Source: a virus | Lineage: Duplodnaviria > Heunggongvirae > Uroviricota > Caudoviricetes | Virus record (IMG/VR): IMGVR_UViG_2939142107_000001 | Span: 1-64,000 of that record | Reading direction: 5' to 3' (one strand) | Length of the DNA: 64,000 bases | Part shown: positions 27,901-34,493 of the stretch, piece after piece | How positions within the stretch are numbered: the first letter of the stretch is position 1 | Layout: each line of letters starts with the position of its first letter | Made by a program: the position numbers and the translations under genes | Notes under the pieces: model-generated | What the model was told of the DNA's origin: nothing | Seen by the model: only the letters and a program-made list of their open reading frames with translations | Databases searched by the model: none

Positions 27901-29662
27901 CAGCGTAACGATTCATACATCACCATCTTATACAGCGAATAAACCAACAGGCCTGACAGATGGAACTGTATATGTAATTTACAGTTCGCACATTAAACCG
28001 ACCGCCACGGATGTCGGCGCATTACCAATAACCGGAGGAAATCTCAACGGCGGTTTAACGGCTACTGGTGAGATCATTTCAAAATCGGCGAATGGTCTGC
28101 GTATTGCCTACGGAAACTACGGATTCTTTATCCGAAACGATGGTTCAAACACATATTTCATGTTGACCAATTCGGGTAACAGCCTGGGAACCTATAATAA
28201 TTTAAGGCCGCTTATCATTAACAATGCCAATGGTACTGTTACGATCGGTAATGGACTCAATGTTACTGGCGGCATCAATGGTAGTTTGAACGGTAATGCT
28301 GCAACTGCAACAAAACTGCAAACAGCACGCACAATAGGCGGAGTGTCATTCGATGGTAGTGCCAATATCGACCTGCCAGGTGTGAATAAAGCAGGTAATC
28401 AGAGCACTACTGGCAATGCTGCAACTGCAACAAAACTGCAAACAGCACGCACAATCGGCGGAGTGTCGTTCGATGGTAGTGCCAATATCGACCTGCCGGG
28501 CGTGAATAAAACAGGTAATCAGAGCACTACCGGTAATGCAGCTACGGCTACCAAATTGCTAACAGCGCGTACCATTAATGGGGTTTCATTTGACGGTTCT
28601 GCGAATATTTCACTGTCACCAGCAAATATTGGTTGCCCGGCATCTCCTACTGGTTGGTTAAAAACAGGTAATAACGGTGAGTCAATAACGACAGCTCAGT
28701 TAGTTACTTTGTTGCAAAATAATGGGGCATTCAATACGAAAGCATGGTTCGCTCGTTGTGCATGGTCGTATGCAACTAGTGCATCCATACCAGACAGTGA
28801 AACTGGTTGTGGCATTATTCCACTGGCGGGTGCTGTGATAGAAGTATTCAGCAATAATACCGACAATTACACTATTCGAATAACAACAGCCACGACGACA
28901 AGTGTCTCTGGTGCACTCACTAATGCGGAGTTTATCTATGTGTTTAACGTGTCTGGCAGCACAAGTTATTCACCTGGATGGCGCAGAGCGTATAACACTA
29001 AAAATAAACCTACTACTACTGACCTTGGCTTGAGCGATGAAAGTGGATACGTTGGGCGCCTGATAAGCACTAGGGTTTTCACGTCATCAGGTACGTACAT
29101 CCCGACGCCAGGAACAAAACGGCTCAGGGTCACAATAACGGGCGGCGGTGGCGGAGGGGGCGGCTGCAAGGCTACATCCAATAATGAAACGTTTTTCGGT
29201 GCTGGCGGTGGGGCCGGTGGAACAATAATTTCAATAATGACCCCGACACAGAATAGTTATCCAGTCACTATCGGCGCAGGTGGGGCCGGTGGTGTTAGTG
29301 CGACGAACGGCACCAGGGGCGGGAATAGCGTATTCGCATCGTTAATTGCTCCTGGTGGCGCAGGCGGCGGGAAAGTGGGTGTTACAAACACAAACGGCGG
29401 TAACGGAGGTGTGCCGAGTACTGGCGATATCCGCATCACTGGTGGAGATGGAGGCGACGGTCAGTCCGGAAATATCAGCGTCAGCGGTGAAGGCGGAACA
29501 TCGCACTGGGGCGGCGGTGGACGCGCAGGCGCTGGCGGTGGTGTTATCGGTAAAGCATATGGTTCAGGCGGAGGTGGCGCATACGATGCCGGTTATAGCG
29601 GAACCAGTATGACGGGCGGGAAAGGTGCTTCAGGGATTTGTATTATCGAGGAGTTTGCATAA
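24875..29662 (+). CDS. Tail fibre S (1595 aa from the TTG in the ORF track). The likely true start is the ATG at 24962 (MNDVTVVTSV..., AAGGA 8 nt upstream), giving about 1566 aa.
   Basis: It has eight near-identical modules of about 40 aa, NxxGNQxTTGNAATATKLQTARTIGGVSFDGSANIDLPGVN, and a glycine-rich C-terminus that includes a GGGGGGGG run. A Tfa gene follows it. Confidence 0.8.
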   Translation: MCPGRLAVCGQNIYRSYGHKHDYSIRICLMNDVTVVTSVTYPSPESLALVADVQYHEPYLSAALNRKFRGIVDPGFYAGFFPKPGGGMNLLITSVDGDKTAGAASVNIGEFYQVTIQQRKDISLALSAGKKYAIVLKGRYLLGEDSYQVNTASHIHAAEFVARTYTDSYQLGDGELLVCTVNIPAGVSAITKEMIDVSDRIDLAIGIEISDSVTSTRSDVAASSLAVKKAYDLAKSKYTAQDASTTQKGLVQLSSATNSDSETMAATPKAVKSVKELADTKAPIESPSLTGTPTAPTAAQGTNSTQIANTAFVKAAITALINGAPGTLDTLKEIAAAINNDPNFSTTINNALALKAPLASPALTGIPTAPTAAQGTNNTQIATTAYVRAAISALVGSSPEALDTLNELAAALGNDPNFATTMTNALAGKQPLDATLTALAGLATGANKLPYFTGTDTVSQTDLTSVGRDILAKTSTLAVIQYLGLREIGTSGEKIPLLSTANTWSSQQTFKGKTAFSAAATFSAGIAGAIEPEKIGDQTVDLNNLTISSDVGAIKYYYCPTFGGGANITNKPDGVNGNFLLRVESTRKVSASDYANMQTLISNDTKRIYVRFVVNGSWAAWSQVVVSGWGQDVSVKSLSAVALSGSLTGNASTATKLQTARTIGGVSFDGSANIDLPGVNKAGNQSTTGNAATATKLQTARTINGVKFDGSANISIPTITSRGRVTALTDTTQGAATGLQMYEAYNNSYPTAYGNVLHMKGASAAGEGELLIGWSGTSGAHAPVFIRSRRDHTDAAWSAWAQVYTSRDSIPGVNATGNQNTTGNAATATKLQTARTIGGVSFDGTANINLPGVNVAGNQNTSGNAATATKLQTARTINGVSFDGSKNIELTPRSIGTINSITMSFSGGAGWFKLATVTMPQASSVVYISLIGSSGYNVNSPMQAGISELVLRAGNGNPKGLTGALWRRTSVGFTNFAWVNTSGDTYDVYVEIGNFATGVNIQWDYTSNASVTIHTSPSYTANKPTGLTDGTVYVIYSSHIKPTATDVGALPITGGNLNGGLTATGEIISKSANGLRIAYGNYGFFIRNDGSNTYFMLTNSGNSLGTYNNLRPLIINNANGTVTIGNGLNVTGGINGSLNGNAATATKLQTARTIGGVSFDGSANIDLPGVNKAGNQSTTGNAATATKLQTARTIGGVSFDGSANIDLPGVNKTGNQSTTGNAATATKLLTARTINGVSFDGSANISLSPANIGCPASPTGWLKTGNNGESITTAQLVTLLQNNGAFNTKAWFARCAWSYATSASIPDSETGCGIIPLAGAVIEVFSNNTDNYTIRITTATTTSVSGALTNAEFIYVFNVSGSTSYSPGWRRAYNTKNKPTTTDLGLSDESGYVGRLISTRVFTSSGTYIPTPGTKRLRVTITGGGGGGGGCKATSNNETFFGAGGGAGGTIISIMTPTQNSYPVTIGAGGAGGVSATNGTRGGNSVFASLIAPGGAGGGKVGVTNTNGGNGGVPSTGDIRITGGDGGDGQSGNISVSGEGGTSHWGGGGRAGAGGGVIGKAYGSGGGGAYDAGYSGTSMTGGKGASGICIIEEFA

Positions 29663-30072
29663 TGAATACGTCATATGCAGTTATTGAAAATGGGATGGTT
29701 GTGAATGTCATTGTCTGGGATGGCGAGGCTGAATTCACAGTGCCGGATAATCAGCAGCTCATTAATATTTCTGATATCAGTGAGCAGCCCGGAATCGGCT
29801 GGGTGTATTCAGACGGGGGATTTACTGCGCCACCCACTCCGGAACGTTCTCATGATGAACTGGTAGCTGACGCTGAACAGAAAAAAAAGTCGCTGATTGA
29901 TACCGCAATGGCTTCCATTAGTCTTATTCAACTGAAATTACAGGCCGGACGGAATCTTACGCAGGCTGAAACCACCCGTCTTAACGCTGTGTTGGATTAT
30001 ATCGATGCGGTGACCGCAACGGATACCAGCACTGCACCAGATGTCAATTGGCCAGCGTTCCCGGAGGCGTAG
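29638..30072 (+). CDS. Tail-fibre assembly chaperone (Tfa/U family). The probable start is MNTSYAV at about 29661.
   Basis: It has a Tfa-like N-terminus and lies directly downstream of the fibre gene. Confidence 0.7.
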   Translation: MYYRGVCIMNTSYAVIENGMVVNVIVWDGEAEFTVPDNQQLINISDISEQPGIGWVYSDGGFTAPPTPERSHDELVADAEQKKKSLIDTAMASISLIQLKLQAGRNLTQAETTRLNAVLDYIDAVTATDTSTAPDVNWPAFPEA

Positions 30073-30421
30073 CCCATTAAAAAAATATCTGGAGCGCTGG
30101 AAGTAACGACTGGTTCCAGTGCATCCAGATAAGATGATTACTGTTCATGCTTCAAGAGCGAGCGCATACTGCATCCAGGCCAATCTAACTTTCATTCGAC
30201 CAGAGTGTCACCTCTCAAAAGCATTTTTTAACTCTGGTCGTTCAGCCTTTTTGCCGCTCGCCTTATCCTCAAAAATTAGCTCACATCCTGCGCTTTCAAG
30301 GGCATTTCGTTGCTAAGCAGTGTTTTGTTCATTTGTTGATACGCGTACATAGCCTATTAGCATATTTTCTACTCACTATCGTTATTTATAGCAAGCTGCG
30401 GATTTTGATTAACAGAAACCA

Positions 30422-30772
30422 GTGTGTGTGGAAATCACAAAGTGCATACCGTGCCCCAATGATGTTTTATTGAAAAGCGGGGGTACTTTAATGTTTGATT
30501 TAACAATATTTTTTATAACCATCCTTGGAGGCGTGCATTCGTTTCTGAATGGGGTTCGTGAAAAACGTTACGAAGCGTCATGCAGGCAATTGATGGCCGA
30601 GTGTATTGCTGCCGTACTTGCAGGCTTTATAGGCATGTATTTCGCGGAATATAAGGGTATGGATGAAAGTCTTCAGAATTGCGTGACTATTATTTGCAGC
30701 ATCAATAACAAGCTCATTCTTGAAAAGTCACAAAGGATTATCGATTCGTACCTCAATAGAAATGCCTCTTAA
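30422..30772 (+). CDS. Holin-like membrane protein, a paralogue of the next gene. The probable start is MFDL at about 30491.
   Basis: The TM helix FFITILGGVHSFLNGVREKR parallels FLLSVIGGIGTFLMDVRDGR in 30840-31169. Confidence 0.4.
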   Translation: MCVEITKCIPCPNDVLLKSGGTLMFDLTIFFITILGGVHSFLNGVREKRYEASCRQLMAECIAAVLAGFIGMYFAEYKGMDESLQNCVTIICSINNKLILEKSQRIIDSYLNRNAS

Positions 30773-30839
30773 GCAACAAATGACCGGTTGAGAAGTTACT
30801 TTGCATACCATTACCTCCTGACAACGTAGGAGGGAACTT

Positions 30840-31169
30840 GTGCTTGACACACAGGAATTAGCTCCAGTTGCTATTGCGTTCCTGCTTTCAGTAATTGGTG
30901 GGATAGGCACGTTCCTGATGGATGTCCGAGACGGTCGCCAGTCTGGCAATTTGTTGGGATTGGTTACGGAGATCTTTGTTGCAGTGACAGCTGGCGCGGT
31001 GGCGTACCTATTGGGGCAACACGAGGGCTGGGAGTTATCAATTACGTACTTAATGGTAACGATAGCCAGCAATAACGGTCATGAGGTGATTTCAGGGATG
31101 AAACGAGTGAATATCGATAGCATTCTGAATGTTCTTACAAGTTTGGTGAAAAAGGGAGGCGGGAAATGA
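30840..31169 (+). CDS. lydA: Holin LydA-like (109 aa, multi-TM).
   Basis: Three predicted TM segments. It is the first gene of the dar/lyd operon by synteny. Confidence 0.5.
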   Translation: MLDTQELAPVAIAFLLSVIGGIGTFLMDVRDGRQSGNLLGLVTEIFVAVTAGAVAYLLGQHEGWELSITYLMVTIASNNGHEVISGMKRVNIDSILNVLTSLVKKGGGK

Positions 31170-31609
31170 TTGGCTGGGGTGTATGCGTTCTTGCGTTAGC
31201 CTTAGCCGATCGCTGTTTGCTAAAACGCAAGGACATCACGCATTTAGAACTTGGTGATGTGGAAATTAAACCGGGTTTCATCCGAGTGCCGTTCAAATAC
31301 CGGTCTAAATTCCCGTTTTTGCGCGGCGCAACGGTCAGATATTGGATCCGCGATGTTCAGAAGCCGACGACAGTGATTGAAGGCGAACAACGTTGTCTGA
31401 CGTCGGCTGAACAGGGCGAAAACAGTGAATGGTTGTACATACCCACTGAATATATGGGTATAGGAGATCGACTGTGGCATTTCAACGTCATGGTTACGCA
31501 TGGCGACTCGTTCATTAACCCGTTGTATCGGATTTTCCCTGTTACTCAGCAAATCCGCAGAAGTTACGTAATAAATCTCGCACAGGATGTGTCAGATGAC
31601 GAAAAATAA
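31166..31609 (+). CDS. lydB: LydB-like antiholin candidate (147 aa).
   Basis: ATGA-coupled to lydA, synteny. Confidence 0.4.
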   Translation: MIGWGVCVLALALADRCLLKRKDITHLELGDVEIKPGFIRVPFKYRSKFPFLRGATVRYWIRDVQKPTTVIEGEQRCLTSAEQGENSEWLYIPTEYMGIGDRLWHFNVMVTHGDSFINPLYRIFPVTQQIRRSYVINLAQDVSDDEK

Positions 31610-32198
31610 GTATGCAACGGTCGATTTTGACCAGGTTAATGAAAAGGGGCTGAAATCCCTTATCGCGGCGATCAATAAAACCGGGGTTACGGTAATTGAG
31701 GTTGACTCCAGCAACCGCGCAACAACGAAAGATGGCGTTAAAGTTAAAACCGCAAAGCTGGTTCTTAACGACGGACAAATTCTTGCCATACAGGTAAACG
31801 ATACTGGCGATATATCGTCTGTGAAACTGAATGGAAAAGCTATTCCTAACGCTCAGTCGCCGGATATCAAGACGCTTGGTACCGTCATGGGACAAGCGGC
31901 CCGCAAAAACTCCGCAAAATTCCAGAAATCACTGATCGCCAAAGCGAAGCGTGTTGCCAATCCGGTAGACAAGAAACCGGCAGTTAAATCCAACTTTCAG
32001 CGCCTGCAAGAAGCAAAACAGCGGAATGCTCAGGTGGTTGCCGCTTATAAGTCCGCGCAGAATTCGGTGTCTTTCAATCAACAGCAGATCACTGATTTGC
32101 GGGCGAAGCTGGATAAGGAGACGGGCCGACTCAATAACGAAAAGGCACGGAATGGCGAACTCAAACGTCGTCTTAAGCAACTGAAAGCAGGAAATTAA
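31587..32198 (+). CDS. hdf: Hdf-like head-morphogenesis protein (203 aa). It shares the KNSAKFQ motif with the DarA N-terminal region.
   Basis: The motif AARKNSAKFQKSLIAKAKR parallels LAEKNSAKFQRAQKKKKAL in DarA. The protein has a coiled-coil C-terminus. Confidence 0.45.
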   Translation: MCQMTKNKYATVDFDQVNEKGLKSLIAAINKTGVTVIEVDSSNRATTKDGVKVKTAKLVLNDGQILAIQVNDTGDISSVKLNGKAIPNAQSPDIKTLGTVMGQAARKNSAKFQKSLIAKAKRVANPVDKKPAVKSNFQRLQEAKQRNAQVVAAYKSAQNSVSFNQQQITDLRAKLDKETGRLNNEKARNGELKRRLKQLKAGN

Positions 32199-32199
32199 C

Positions 32200-34119
32200 A
32201 TGGAACAGTTCAATATCAATAAAGGGGTGACGATCAAGCCCGGGCTTGACGTGCTTCCCCCGCCAGTGACTGATGATGAATATCGCGCATTAATGGCCGG
32301 TGAGGACCGCTATCTGATGACGGAATCCAATACCCTGGAGGAAATCGAGGCTACGTTCTTCTATGACACGCCGATCCACTGGTGTGCTACGGATTTACTG
32401 GAGGCGATTAGTTCTACTCGTTTGCAGTTACACCGGACCATGCAGGCATTTGTCCGGGCATTGAACCAGAAGCTGAATGGTACCGGAATCTCTGCGGGGA
32501 GTGATAAAACGGGGGATGTGGCCCAGAACGGTGCACGCGCGATCGGCGGTGCTGAAATTGGCCGGGCACGTAACGTTAACGGGCTGCCGGTCCTGCCAGC
32601 CATTATTCCGCTCAGTGATGGTCAGACTATCAGCATTTTGTTTCATAGCCCGACAGCGGAAAACCGGATCACCAATAGCGATACGCTGGTTGCTTTCCAG
32701 TTCTTACTGAATAAAAAAGACGTTACTCACACCGTTGCTCCGATGAGTGGACGTGATATGACGCTGGCGCAGGTCACCATGAAACTTGCCAACCTTGCAG
32801 AGAAAAACTCGGCAAAATTCCAGCGTGCGCAGAAGAAGAAAAAAGCCCTGGTTGATGAAATAACCCAACTACAGGCTGACAGTGACCAGAAAGAGGATGC
32901 CATGAGCGACCTCGCGGATCAGGTGGCAGCGGTAGAAGGCCAGAAGGCAGATCTGGAGCAGAAAATTAACGCGGTTGCTTCGGAAGCGGATTCTCTTTAT
33001 CAAGAAAATGAGCGTTTGCAGGCGGAGATTGATCAGCTCAATCGTACTGGTGGGCGCGATACCATTGCTCCAGCGGGGATGACTGGTGGGCACTCTCGCG
33101 CGCTAACGGATCGCCTTGCCAGTATCAAAAATCGTATGCATATGGACGGGGAAGCGACGCTCAGTAATGGTGCATCAATGAAGCAATTCATTGGGGATGG
33201 CGAAGGGTATATCCAGTTAACCGATCCGGATGGCAGCGTATACATGATCAAGGCTAAATCCATACAGGGTGTGGACATGGCAGATGCGATCGGCAAGCTG
33301 TTTAAAGCCTATAAAGCGGGTAATGTATCGGAATATTTGGTCCAGCCAGAAGAACATAAACCAGAAAACGTCGAACCTGAACCAGCGGAGGATACCGGTA
33401 GCTCTTCGCCTGAACCAGAAGTCTCTGTAGGTGCATATCGATATGCCCTGCAAATGCGTCCGGCGGCCCCTGGCGCGATACCTGAAGGTAACAAAGCAAT
33501 TCTTCCGCGCCCTGATGAAGGTGACCCGTATTATGAATATGCACGCTACGGCATTGCTACTTACGATACCCCGCTTTCTGATCAGCAAATGAGTGAGTAC
33601 GACCTGAAGTTATTGCCTCGCGAGGATTCTTTCGACTTCCTGGCGAAGACACTTACTAATGGTCCGTTTGGCAAATATGCACAAAAAGCTCTGGAGCTAG
33701 CCACCAGCTCACCAGACGAGTTCCGCGTAATGCTGAAAACTCAGTTTCAAAAAACTTTCCCCAATATTGCGTTTCCAGGGGGCGCTGGCATCGAGAAAAT
33801 GGTGCAGAGCATGATCAATGCATTGCAGGCCGAAGTCGGTGAGATTACTCAACCAGAACCGGTCCCGGCACAGCCTGATGAAACGGTTAGCGAAGCAGAT
33901 GCAGAGGCTAATAAAGCCATTGAATATCTCAATAGCGTGATGGATATGCAAAGCACTGACATGGCGGAGATCCGTAACGCCCGGGGTAATGTCCGGGAAG
34001 CGATTGCAGCCCTTCAGGCTGCCGGGCGTTTTGAGGAAAACGAAGAGCTGGTTAATGGCGCAGCTCGCCACCTGGCTGATCTGCTGGTAGCAATCCAGAA
34101 AGCGGGGGTAGCGGCATGA
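32200..34119 (+). CDS. darA: DarA-like capsid-internal antirestriction protein (639 aa).
   Basis: Size and position within the lyd-dar operon. It is acidic and coiled-coil rich. Confidence 0.6.
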   Translation: MEQFNINKGVTIKPGLDVLPPPVTDDEYRALMAGEDRYLMTESNTLEEIEATFFYDTPIHWCATDLLEAISSTRLQLHRTMQAFVRALNQKLNGTGISAGSDKTGDVAQNGARAIGGAEIGRARNVNGLPVLPAIIPLSDGQTISILFHSPTAENRITNSDTLVAFQFLLNKKDVTHTVAPMSGRDMTLAQVTMKLANLAEKNSAKFQRAQKKKKALVDEITQLQADSDQKEDAMSDLADQVAAVEGQKADLEQKINAVASEADSLYQENERLQAEIDQLNRTGGRDTIAPAGMTGGHSRALTDRLASIKNRMHMDGEATLSNGASMKQFIGDGEGYIQLTDPDGSVYMIKAKSIQGVDMADAIGKLFKAYKAGNVSEYLVQPEEHKPENVEPEPAEDTGSSSPEPEVSVGAYRYALQMRPAAPGAIPEGNKAILPRPDEGDPYYEYARYGIATYDTPLSDQQMSEYDLKLLPREDSFDFLAKTLTNGPFGKYAQKALELATSSPDEFRVMLKTQFQKTFPNIAFPGGAGIEKMVQSMINALQAEVGEITQPEPVPAQPDETVSEADAEANKAIEYLNSVMDMQSTDMAEIRNARGNVREAIAALQAAGRFEENEELVNGAARHLADLLVAIQKAGVAA

Positions 34120-34481
34120 CACTATCAGCTATTGAGTTAATGGACCTCAGCGACAAGTTGGATTCTCTGATGTCCAAAGCTGCTACCGCGAGTGGCATGG
34201 AGTTGCTGGATATCAGCGATGAAATTGACCAGATCATGCAACAGATGGGGTACGGCGCGTCCGGCGGCGGTAGTGGCGAGGAAAAACAACCTTCGGTACA
34301 TGATGGTGTGCCAAAACTGGTTGCTGATTTCCTGGCTGATAAATTCGTCGATCAGAGCACCGATGCATTTATCGGTACGTTGCAGGACTTGAGTCAATAT
34401 GTTGGCACATACATCGATCTGGACCAGGTTAAACAGCACACGGCGGCATGGATAGCCGCCAACATTAAAGAGGCAGCATAA
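34116..34481 (+). CDS. ddrA: DdrA-like small protein (121 aa).
   Basis: ATGA-coupled to darA. Confidence 0.45.
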   Translation: MTLSAIELMDLSDKLDSLMSKAATASGMELLDISDEIDQIMQQMGYGASGGGSGEEKQPSVHDGVPKLVADFLADKFVDQSTDAFIGTLQDLSQYVGTYIDLDQVKQHTAAWIAANIKEAA

Positions 34482-34493
34482 GGCGTAACAGGG

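Noticed and set aside
26770-28620. Regularly spaced repeats of about 120 bp that resemble an array
   Set aside because: They are protein-coding module repeats of the tail fibre, with variable spacing and no repeat-spacer structure. This is not a CRISPR array.
29140-29170. Poly-G/GGC low-complexity run
   Set aside because: It is in frame within the tail-fibre CDS and encodes GGGGGGGG. It is not a repeat element or a CRISPR.
30119-30316. 65-aa ORF in the gap after the tail-fibre chaperone gene
   Set aside because: No RBS and odd composition. The region is better read as a non-coding remnant where P1 has cin and the C-segment.
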